A DNA stretch of 64,000 bases, from IMG/VR virus record IMGVR_UViG_3300033153_008400, positions 32,001 through 96,000 of that record. The stretch is one strand, 5' to 3'. Of the stretch, positions 10,163 through 18,956 are shown piece after piece. The notes beneath the pieces are model-generated. The model had not been told where the DNA came from. It was given only the letters and a program-made list of their open reading frames with translations, and made no database searches. This DNA is from a virus. Within the stretch, counting starts at the first letter, position 1. Each line of letters opens with the position of its first letter. Both the position numbers and the translations under genes were made by a program.

Positions 10163-10194
10163 TTTGGTTTGTGTAAAACTATTATTTATCTTTA
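10163..10194 (+). promoter_or_regulatory. Putative Bacteroidota-type promoter (-33 TTTG / -7 TAnnTTTG-like)
   Basis: TTTG at 10163-10166, 20-nt spacer, TATCTTTA at 10187-10194 (one mismatch), about 20 nt upstream of the ATG at 10214. Confidence 0.4.
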
Positions 10195-10213
10195 CCTTAA
10201 TAAAAATTAAAAG

Positions 10214-10942
10214 ATGGCAACAGGAAGAAAATTAGTATCAGATGTAAGGTCAATGCATAAGCTTATCAGTGCTGATGCATCTATTACAGACCGTGCTATT
10301 TTATCTGAAGTTAGGAATAATTCACTTCTACTTATTAAACGAGAAACTAATCTTAGGAAACTTTGGGCTACTGATACTCTTTTTACTACATTGCCATGTT
10401 TAGAGATGATAGAAGTTCCTGTTTCAGAGTGTTGTGGGTATGTTGATGATCAGAAAATTGCAAGAACTAAATATAAAATACCTAATATAGCTGAAGGTAA
10501 TTATCAGTATGTTATCCAAGGAGTTTATTCTATTAATGCTCTTGGTGGCAGAGGTACAAAAATAAAAGAAATAACTATTAACAGATATATCAATTTATTA
10601 GAATTAGCCAAACGTAAGATAGAAATGTACTATATGATAATTAATGATTATTTATATATTACAAATCCAAATATTCAGGCAATTAGATTATCAGCATTAT
10701 TTACAGGAGAAGTATCTAATGATCTGCTTTACCCTGATTGCTGTTGTGGAGAGGAAATTACTTCTAAAGATGATATATGTATAAATCCACTAGACAAAGA
10801 GTTTCCTTTGCCTGGGTACTTAGAAGAACAAGTATTGAAACTAACTTCGATAAGATTATTAGAAAGTTATTTTAGACTTAAAACAGATATTGCAGCAGAT
10901 GGTATAGATGGACAAGCTCCTAATGCGCCTAACTTAAAGTAA
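10214..10942 (+). CDS. Putative tail ring protein (crAss-like)
   Basis: 242 aa; ITDRAIL, LPCLEMIEV, YYMIINDYLYI and EFPLPGYL patterns; lies directly before the IHF-like gene as in crAss-like phages. Confidence 0.65.
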   Translation: MATGRKLVSDVRSMHKLISADASITDRAILSEVRNNSLLLIKRETNLRKLWATDTLFTTLPCLEMIEVPVSECCGYVDDQKIARTKYKIPNIAEGNYQYVIQGVYSINALGGRGTKIKEITINRYINLLELAKRKIEMYYMIINDYLYITNPNIQAIRLSALFTGEVSNDLLYPDCCCGEEITSKDDICINPLDKEFPLPGYLEEQVLKLTSIRLLESYFRLKTDIAADGIDGQAPNAPNLK

Positions 10943-10943
10943 T

Positions 10944-11423
10944 ATGAGAACAGCAGTAGATTGGATATCCTATGGAAGAAAGAATTATAAAGAATTTTGT
11001 ATAGGGAATCCAGAAATTAAACTTACATATGACGAATGGAGAAATATTCTTTATACGTTTAGTGAACAGTTTAAATTTTATATATTAGAAACAGGAGAAA
11101 AAGCGAGATTGCCGTTTGGTTTTGGAGATTTCGCAATAGGAAAGAAGAAAAGGAGAAGGATGAAAGGTCCTAATGACGAGTTCATCAATCTCCCAGTAGA
11201 CTGGAAGAAAACTAAAGAAAAGGGGAAGAAGATCTATAACTTCAACTATCATACAGAAGGATACTTCTTTGGTTGGCTGTGGTTTAAAAAGACAATCTTG
11301 TTTAAGAATTCTAAATTATGGTACTTTAAACCCTCAAGAGTTACTTCTAGGTTATTAGCACATTATATTCATTCAGATAAAAAGTATATGAATATATATC
11401 AAGAGTGGGATGCTAAAATGTAA
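10944..11423 (+). CDS. IHF/HU-like DNA-binding protein (crAss-like)
   Basis: Basic, 159 aa; GEKARLPFGFGDFAIGKKK resembles the HU beta-arm; VDWKKTK and FKPSR motifs; synteny. Confidence 0.75.
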   Translation: MRTAVDWISYGRKNYKEFCIGNPEIKLTYDEWRNILYTFSEQFKFYILETGEKARLPFGFGDFAIGKKKRRRMKGPNDEFINLPVDWKKTKEKGKKIYNFNYHTEGYFFGWLWFKKTILFKNSKLWYFKPSRVTSRLLAHYIHSDKKYMNIYQEWDAKM

Positions 11424-11497
11424 GTCAGAGAATAAGTGTCGCTTACGTCATGTTTATGGTAATAGATGTGTTTTATACACTTTTATAAATTAAGATT

Positions 11498-12448
11498 ATG
11501 TCATATTACTATAAGTACAATTTCACATCACCTAAACCAACCTATGCAATTGTAAAGGAAGAGTTAAAAAGTTATTTTGATACAGGTGCAGTAGATGATT
11601 TAATGTTTCCTACTTATCTCACTAAATGCTTAACCAAACTCAGCAGAGCTACAAAGCCTATTGATGAAGTACCTTTATTCATAGTGGACTTTGAAGCAAG
11701 ACTTCCAGATAATTTTCATGCTGCACGCGAAGTATGGATGTGTGCAGAAATAAATATGAGTCCTTTTCAAGACTCTAGTTCATTCTATTCTCAAACAGGA
11801 ACTTGTAGTATGCAAATATCTCCTATGATCGTAGATGGGAATACTTGTGATGGTAATTGTGATTGTCCTACTTGTCCTGACTGTGCAGATGAAGAAGTTA
11901 CTCAGGCTGTGTATAAGAATACGAATATTACTGATAGAGTGTTCAGACAAATGTATCTTTTAAAACCTGGGAATATTTCAGTTAGAAATGATTGTTCAGT
12001 AAATTATTACAGAAATTGGACTAGATATGGTCAAACACCTGGAGCTAACCAAATAGATTCATTCGATATCAGAGATAATAAATTGCAGACTAATTTTAGG
12101 AATGGAACAGTTCATTTGATCTTCTATGCAGAAGATTCTGATAAATGTGGAAATCAACTTATACCAGATAATTATCGTATCAAAGAATATGTTGAAGCAT
12201 TTATCAAATACAAAGTCTTTGAGATGCTTTCTAATCAAATAAATGATGAGACCTTTAATCAGATTCATCAGAAAATGCTTTATTATAAACAACTTTCTGA
12301 TGAGGCATATATTTTAGCTGATATAGAAGTCAAGAAAGAAACTATTGAGAAGAAAATCAGGAAAATAAAAAAAGATAAGAGAAGATTAAATAAGTATGAA
12401 AGAATAACTTCTTCAGGATATGGTTCATCTATTAAACGTAGTATCTAA
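11498..12448 (+). CDS. Tail tubular / ring protein (P22 gp4-like position in crAss-like phages)
   Basis: 316 aa; ARLPDNF and NFRNGTVHLIFY...LIPDN...EAFIKYK; immediately upstream of the muzzle gene; internal Cys cluster. Confidence 0.7.
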   Translation: MSYYYKYNFTSPKPTYAIVKEELKSYFDTGAVDDLMFPTYLTKCLTKLSRATKPIDEVPLFIVDFEARLPDNFHAAREVWMCAEINMSPFQDSSSFYSQTGTCSMQISPMIVDGNTCDGNCDCPTCPDCADEEVTQAVYKNTNITDRVFRQMYLLKPGNISVRNDCSVNYYRNWTRYGQTPGANQIDSFDIRDNKLQTNFRNGTVHLIFYAEDSDKCGNQLIPDNYRIKEYVEAFIKYKVFEMLSNQINDETFNQIHQKMLYYKQLSDEAYILADIEVKKETIEKKIRKIKKDKRRLNKYERITSSGYGSSIKRSI

Positions 12449-15400
12449 TGGCTAAGAAAAAAAGCAATGAGACTTCTAGTAAAAACAAGAGTCTTACCAA
12501 TATCATAAAAGAATATAACATAGCCAGACTGGGTATGGATATGGATAGCAGTACTGCTCAGATTGTGAAAGGTAAGCTTTCTTATGCTTTGAATGCTGTT
12601 GTTGAGAACTTTGATGCTAATTCTATTAATTATCAGAATGAACCTGGTAATATTTTTTGCTTAGATTTCCCTGAAGATTATATCTTAATAGGAAGATACT
12701 TCATAAATGAACAATATAAGCACATATTCTTTTTAACTAATCCAATCACAGGAAACAGCCAAATAGGATACATGGTCAACAATGATTGTGTATATCATAT
12801 ATTGGTAAAAGATCCTTGCTTAGGATTTGATGTTAATTTCCCTATACATAAAGTAGTACATAAGATTACCAACTGTTCTACAGAAATATATTGGACAGAT
12901 AATATAGCTAGAAGATATTTAGATATTGACAATATACCATATAAATTATTAAGTGGTACTGCTGCTTGTGATCCAATTTATTCAGATACAATAGATTGTA
13001 ATCAGCTTAAAGTTCAACCAAATTTTACAGTACCATCATTAGAGATAGTAGGAGTTAGTGCAGGAGGAGACCTCATCAGTGGTACCTATCAATTTGCTAT
13101 ACAGTATGCTGATGCCGTAGGTGAACCTTTGACATCTTATTATTCTATTACAAACCCTTGTCCTATAAATGACCCATTTACAGTAAGTGTAAATTATAAT
13201 ACTCCTGTAGGAAAATCAATTACAGTCAGAGCAGGTAACCTCGATACCTCAGGACAGTTTGAATATTTTAATTTAGCTGTAATCAAGACAATAAATAATA
13301 TTGCAGAAGTTGAGCTCGTCGGTACATACTCTCTCCCAGGGTTAACGAAGGATATTACTTACTCTGGTGCTAATAAAATATTAATTCCATTAGCAATAGC
13401 TGATATAACAGAGAAATTTCCATATTATGATCAAGCCGATGACATAACCACAGCTAGAGATATCCTTATATGGAAGGGACTAACTACTATTGATAGAATT
13501 AATTATCAATCAATTGCCAGTGATATAACATTGGATTGGGAGACACACCGTATTCCTGCTGATGAAAACTATGCAGATGAATTGAATGCTACAAATATGA
13601 GAGGTTACCTTAGAGATGAGGTATATCCTTTTGAAATAGTATTCATCTTAACCAATGGTAGACAAACTGATGGATTTCATATCCCAGGGAGAGAGATCTC
13701 CAGAGAGGAAAGTATTACACCTGAAGTATCTACAGCAAATGCTGATTTTATAGGACCTCCTGAGAGAATGTCAGGTGATATAGGATATAGTCCTTATTGG
13801 AAGATATACAATACTGCTAGTGTTACTGGGTATTCCCCAGGTAAACAAGATACTGATGATTATAAAGGGCCTTATCAATATGGTAAGTTCGCGTACTGGG
13901 AATCTAATGATGAGTACTCATGTAATGAAGATTTATGGGGAGACTTAGCAGGAAAGAAGATACGTCACCATAAATTTCCTGATGTAAATGTTTCTCCTAT
14001 TAATGAATCTTCTCCATTTACTACTTCTGAAGGAATGGTAATGGAAGATACTGCTATATATCCGATAGGTGTTAGAATTAGTTTAGATCAGGTAAATACT
14101 CTTATCAAACATTCAAATCTTTCTCAAGCACAGAAAGATGAGATTGCTGGTATAAAAATCATTAGAGGTAACAGAGGAACTAATAAGTCAATTATCGGTA
14201 AAGGTATTTTGCGTAATGTAGGAAAATATGGAAGAGAAGGAGAAGAATATTATTTCCCTAATTATCCTTACAATGATATAAGTGAAGATCCTTTTTTAAA
14301 TAAAATTAATAATGCTTGGTCTGCAGAATGTGATCAGTATATAATTGAAATAACTGAACTTGTAGAAGGAAAAGCTATTGTAACTTATAAAAATTGTGAT
14401 AATAATAAATCTGATACCAAGACATATGATAGTATAGGAATTCAAGAACCATTATGCTCTATAGGATTTCCTGTATTGAATGCTCCAGGCACTGTAAAAA
14501 TAGCTAATTATGAAATATGGAAAATCAATTCACATGAAGTATGGACATGGCATTTGATTCCTCCTCATTATGGGCCAAGTTTTTGTGCAGGATGGAAAGC
14601 AGAATGGATAAATGCTTCAGGAGAAGTACAGCAAGAATGGGTAGAAGGGTGGCCTACTTTTTCTTCATATGATATAGAAGTACTTCCAGGCACAGAACCT
14701 AAATGTATAGATGGATGTAGTCATTGTGGTAAATATATTAGTGATGGTCCTGTTAGTACGGTAGAAGGAACAGGTGCTTGTGATGATGAAACTCCTATGG
14801 ATCCAATAGAAGAATTAGATACTTTACGTCAAGTATTCAACTCACCTGAGACTTCGTTCGGTCAACCATTTTTAGGTAGTGTACTTAAATTAGAGAATGT
14901 ACTCTTTGGTAGAGGTAAAGCTCATTTTGTAGAGGTTAAAGATAATGCTAAGTATAAGTTACTTTCAATAGAAGCTCAACAAGATGCTGTAGAAGCTTCT
15001 GAAACTATAGGTTTAATAACTGATCCGTTTAATCCAGGTGGTTTTTTTGTATCATATCAAGCATACATGGAGATTTATATTAAGAGTATCTCAAGAAAGA
15101 ATTATGCTTATTCGTATAATTCTATTGCTAGTTATAACTACAATAAGAGTATACCTAATGGTTTAGGAATAAAACAAAGAAATTTAGACATTTATAGATA
15201 TTTAATTCCTGGAGTACAATCAATCGGAGAAGATATAACTATCAATAATTATAACAGAGAATCTTCAGTATTTTTAAAAACTGATGAAGAAGTATCTCAA
15301 TTACCTTTTCCTAAAGATAGCCTAAATATGCTTCCAACAGGAGTAGAGGATATTTCTAGGCACACTTTGTCAGAGAAAGAAAATTGTTCAACTCCTGCAT

Positions 15401-18081
15401 TAGAGGAAAATATTTCTGTAGTATCATATTATGCTTCTCTTAAGAATCCAATAATTAATCAATGGGGACAAATTTATTCGTATATTACTGTTGATACAGG
15501 GTTTCAAAGAACTATAAATGATCCTTATGAATATTATACAATATTTGGTGGAGATACATTTATCAGCAAATTTGCATTTAAAACAAAACTTCCATTCTTT
15601 ATAGATAATAGAGTAAATGGTTTAGATGATAGTGATATATTTTATGATGAGATTGGTAATATAGCTTATCCTAAATATTGGCATTCAGCAAGAAGTATAA
15701 CTGAAGATGTGACTATTTCAGGTGTGGGAACACTACCTAATTTTCTTTCATATAAGGCACATAATTTTGATTGTCCTAATAATCAAACATTAGGAACGGA
15801 TCCTGAAGAGCCTGAGAATACATTACCACCTAGTACAAATCCTGATAGAATGTTTTATGATGGGTACTACTATTTATTTGCATATGGTATTCCTAGTTTT
15901 TACTGTGAGAGCTCTTATAACTTAGATCTAAGACAAGCATTTAACGCGAGAGAAGGAGAATACTGGCCACATGTAAGCACTTCTATTCCTGATGATTGGG
16001 TACAAGAAAGTTATGTAAGTATTTTAAATGATAATACATATACCTATAATGTTACTTATTCTAAACAGAACAAAGAAGATTCTTTTACAAATCTTCCTGC
16101 TAATTGGAGTGATAAACTGTGTTACACTCATTTCCCTTTTAGAGCGATATATAGTGATGTACAAAATACCGATCAAGATAACAGATCTAATAATTGGTTG
16201 ATTTATAGAGCTGTTTCTTACTTTGATTTTCCTCAGAACTATGGTAAGTTTACATCAATAGATGGTATAGCAGATAAGGCAATTCTTGCAAGGTTTGAGA
16301 ACAAGTCTTTGTTATATAACAATTTGCTTACAATTGATACAAGTAATCCTCAAGCAGCCTATATAGGTAATAATAGATTATTTAGTGATGCACCTCCTGT
16401 TGATTTTGCTGATACAGACTTAGGATTTGTGGGCACACAAAATAAGATGTTGCTTAAAATACCTAATGGACAAATATCCGTAGATGCTAAGCGTGGACAA
16501 ATATTTTTATTGAATGGTACCAATGCAGAGATTATCTCTAAATATGGTAGTGGTATGAACAGTTTCTTAAAAGAACATTTACCATATAAAATGCTTAAAC
16601 ATTTTCCTGAGACCAAAATAACTGTTGACGACGACATCATCACTGTCCCAGGGATAAATATAGATAACAATTTCATAGGTGTAGGACTACATGGTGTATA
16701 TGATAATAGATTCGATAGAGTCTTAATCACTAAATTAGATTACTTACCATTATTTGATGATATTGAATTAGACCCTTATACTCAAAAGTTCTCACTTGAT
16801 GGTATAGATATTGAATTGACTGATCCTACATATTTTTGTAATAAGAGTTGGACATTATCCTTTAATTTGAATACGAAGAGTTGGATATCTTTTCATAGTT
16901 ATGTACCAAACTTTTATATAGCAGAGAATAACTTCTTTTATTCAGGATTGAATGATTGTTGTACTGCTGCTGCAATTAGTGGTAATGATGGGGGTAAAAG
17001 TTCTTTTGACTTTATAGTAGGAGAAATAATTGAGAATCCTATTACGACTACAACGACTACGGTATACAGACCTATTTGTACTCCATTGTTTGGAAATGCA
17101 GTACAACAATATACAGTAGAATGTGACCCATTAGAAGGAGAGGTAGAACTTACAGATTGTATAATAGTAGGTGTAGGAATAATAACTACAGGACCAGTTA
17201 TTCCTTGTGAACGTCCAGATGGTTTAACTTTAAATTATTTTATTACAGGATATAACGATGGTACCCCTGTAGATACTACTGTTTCTGAAATAGCTGCTTG
17301 TAGTGGAAGTTTCTTCTTAAAGAATACTATTGATCCTACAGTAACTGTTTCTGTCATAGAAGGAGAACATCAAGATATTGCTTTAAATAATATTATTTAT
17401 GCTGGTGTTGATTTAGAAGATTGTACTGTTATACCAGATGGTTGGTATTTTACTGATGAATTAATGTTTGAAGGAAAAGTAATACATGTAGTAGATGGAG
17501 AGATTGTGGAAATAGTTGAATGTGTATATACTACTACAACAACAACAACTGTAGCACCTACTACTACTACAACGACAATAGCACCTACTACTACTACAAC
17601 AACAACTGTAGCGCCGACGACTACCACTACTACAACAGTGGCACCAACAACGACTACGACAACAACTGTAATGCCGACGACTACTACCACTACTACGGTA
17701 GAACCAACGACCACTACAACAACAACTGCTATTCCATATGATTATTTCTGGGTACATGGTTGTCCTGGTTCTAATTATGAGAATAGAGATGCTGTTGTTA
17801 GATCATTATCTTCTAATAATTGGGGATCTAATGGTTCAGGGTATAGTGGAAATGTAAGATCAGAATTTGGACATACATTCTATTATAATGGAATAGCAGA
17901 TGATGGTGAAAATAGATGGAATACAACAAATGATTGGTCTAATTATGATGGTGATATGCATAGTGATTGGGGACATCAATATCATTTTGGAGCACCAACA
18001 CAAGTAGAATGTACACCAGTAACAACAACGACTACTACTACGGTAGAACCAACGACGACAACAACGACAACAACTGTATAG
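12448..18081 (+). CDS. Muzzle / tail stabilization protein, N-terminal part, with Cys- and Thr-rich C-terminal extension
   Basis: 1877 aa; GMDMDSS...YALNA start, GTYQFAIQY, RDEVYPFEIV, IRHHKFPD, FGGDTFISKF and WISFHSYVP are typical of crAss-like tail stabilization proteins. Confidence 0.8.
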   Translation: MAKKKSNETSSKNKSLTNIIKEYNIARLGMDMDSSTAQIVKGKLSYALNAVVENFDANSINYQNEPGNIFCLDFPEDYILIGRYFINEQYKHIFFLTNPITGNSQIGYMVNNDCVYHILVKDPCLGFDVNFPIHKVVHKITNCSTEIYWTDNIARRYLDIDNIPYKLLSGTAACDPIYSDTIDCNQLKVQPNFTVPSLEIVGVSAGGDLISGTYQFAIQYADAVGEPLTSYYSITNPCPINDPFTVSVNYNTPVGKSITVRAGNLDTSGQFEYFNLAVIKTINNIAEVELVGTYSLPGLTKDITYSGANKILIPLAIADITEKFPYYDQADDITTARDILIWKGLTTIDRINYQSIASDITLDWETHRIPADENYADELNATNMRGYLRDEVYPFEIVFILTNGRQTDGFHIPGREISREESITPEVSTANADFIGPPERMSGDIGYSPYWKIYNTASVTGYSPGKQDTDDYKGPYQYGKFAYWESNDEYSCNEDLWGDLAGKKIRHHKFPDVNVSPINESSPFTTSEGMVMEDTAIYPIGVRISLDQVNTLIKHSNLSQAQKDEIAGIKIIRGNRGTNKSIIGKGILRNVGKYGREGEEYYFPNYPYNDISEDPFLNKINNAWSAECDQYIIEITELVEGKAIVTYKNCDNNKSDTKTYDSIGIQEPLCSIGFPVLNAPGTVKIANYEIWKINSHEVWTWHLIPPHYGPSFCAGWKAEWINASGEVQQEWVEGWPTFSSYDIEVLPGTEPKCIDGCSHCGKYISDGPVSTVEGTGACDDETPMDPIEELDTLRQVFNSPETSFGQPFLGSVLKLENVLFGRGKAHFVEVKDNAKYKLLSIEAQQDAVEASETIGLITDPFNPGGFFVSYQAYMEIYIKSISRKNYAYSYNSIASYNYNKSIPNGLGIKQRNLDIYRYLIPGVQSIGEDITINNYNRESSVFLKTDEEVSQLPFPKDSLNMLPTGVEDISRHTLSEKENCSTPALEENISVVSYYASLKNPIINQWGQIYSYITVDTGFQRTINDPYEYYTIFGGDTFISKFAFKTKLPFFIDNRVNGLDDSDIFYDEIGNIAYPKYWHSARSITEDVTISGVGTLPNFLSYKAHNFDCPNNQTLGTDPEEPENTLPPSTNPDRMFYDGYYYLFAYGIPSFYCESSYNLDLRQAFNAREGEYWPHVSTSIPDDWVQESYVSILNDNTYTYNVTYSKQNKEDSFTNLPANWSDKLCYTHFPFRAIYSDVQNTDQDNRSNNWLIYRAVSYFDFPQNYGKFTSIDGIADKAILARFENKSLLYNNLLTIDTSNPQAAYIGNNRLFSDAPPVDFADTDLGFVGTQNKMLLKIPNGQISVDAKRGQIFLLNGTNAEIISKYGSGMNSFLKEHLPYKMLKHFPETKITVDDDIITVPGINIDNNFIGVGLHGVYDNRFDRVLITKLDYLPLFDDIELDPYTQKFSLDGIDIELTDPTYFCNKSWTLSFNLNTKSWISFHSYVPNFYIAENNFFYSGLNDCCTAAAISGNDGGKSSFDFIVGEIIENPITTTTTTVYRPICTPLFGNAVQQYTVECDPLEGEVELTDCIIVGVGIITTGPVIPCERPDGLTLNYFITGYNDGTPVDTTVSEIAACSGSFFLKNTIDPTVTVSVIEGEHQDIALNNIIYAGVDLEDCTVIPDGWYFTDELMFEGKVIHVVDGEIVEIVECVYTTTTTTTVAPTTTTTTIAPTTTTTTTVAPTTTTTTTVAPTTTTTTTVMPTTTTTTTVEPTTTTTTTAIPYDYFWVHGCPGSNYENRDAVVRSLSSNNWGSNGSGYSGNVRSEFGHTFYYNGIADDGENRWNTTNDWSNYDGDMHSDWGHQYHFGAPTQVECTPVTTTTTTTVEPTTTTTTTTV
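17530..17727 (+). repeat. Thr-rich coding tandem repeat in the muzzle C-terminal extension
   Basis: Seven Thr runs separated by VAP/IAP/VMP/VEP; further short tracts at 17044-17061 and 18022-18075. Confidence 0.9.
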
Positions 18082-18083
18082 AT

Positions 18084-18956
18084 ATGGGAACAAAGGTAAT
18101 TTCAATAAAAATAACAAGAGCAGGCAGTAAGACAGGCCCTTTTGATATCTATGATCAACTTGGTAATCTTATAGCAGAAGGTGTTTCTAAAGAAACATTG
18201 ATTTCTGGTATAAGTTATGTTGTGGATGAAAGTGTTACCTTAATTACTATTAGGTCTCTTAGTGGATGTTGTGTACAAGACGTATCAAAGAATTTAGAGG
18301 ATATCACTAAATCTCAATATAATTTCGTAGACTTAGAAAGACATATTACAGCTTGTCTGTGGACACATCTTATTGATCACACAATATATAATTCTTATTA
18401 TGGATGTATACAACCATACATTATAGAGTATCCTTTTGCTTATCAATACAGAGATGAGATTTTACAAAACGTAGAAGATTACAATAAAGTATTCAGATAT
18501 TTTAATGATGGTCTGCATATTTCTGATAGAAACAATAGAATCCAATTAGATACTGAATGGTTCAATAAGGCTGTAGTCTATAATGACCAACAATCTTCAG
18601 GTATTTTATTATTAGAGGCTAAGCCTATAAATAATATGAGTGAATATATGAAGTATCCTAAGTTCAATGATGATAATAAATCTATCATTTGGACTAAGGC
18701 AGATAATCTGTATCAATACAATACCTTCTGGTCTTTAGTCAAAGATAAATCTTCACCATTATTCCTTACTACTTGTGAAACTTTAAACATAGACAAGGTA
18801 GTAAATCAGACTAATATGGATTATTCAATCAGAGCATATCGTAAAGATACAATCAGAGCGAAAGATGTTAAGATTAGACATATATTGGATAACAAAGATG
18901 ATATTACAATAGTAACACAGTTCATTATTTCACCTGCACAAATATCTTACATGTAA
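18084..18956 (+). CDS. GPFDIY module fused to the probable C-terminal part of the muzzle protein
   Basis: Likely start is the ATG at 18084, 2 nt after the upstream stop, rather than 17967; then CLWTHL...YNSYYG...PYIIEY, FNKAVVYNDQQSSG and IRAK, which resemble the C-terminal part of crAss muzzle proteins. Confidence 0.65.
   Translation: MGTKVISIKITRAGSKTGPFDIYDQLGNLIAEGVSKETLISGISYVVDESVTLITIRSLSGCCVQDVSKNLEDITKSQYNFVDLERHITACLWTHLIDHTIYNSYYGCIQPYIIEYPFAYQYRDEILQNVEDYNKVFRYFNDGLHISDRNNRIQLDTEWFNKAVVYNDQQSSGILLLEAKPINNMSEYMKYPKFNDDNKSIIWTKADNLYQYNTFWSLVKDKSSPLFLTTCETLNIDKVVNQTNMDYSIRAYRKDTIRAKDVKIRHILDNKDDITIVTQFIISPAQISYM

Noticed and set aside
11424-11497. Possible structured RNA or tRNA in this intergenic gap
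   Set aside because: Only weak short stems are present, with no cloverleaf or terminator. No tRNA was recognised anywhere in the window.
17967-18083. Tracked start of the 329-aa ORF at 17967
   Set aside because: The extension is an off-frame reading of the upstream Thr tract. The ATG at 18084 aligns with the N-terminal module of the paralogues.
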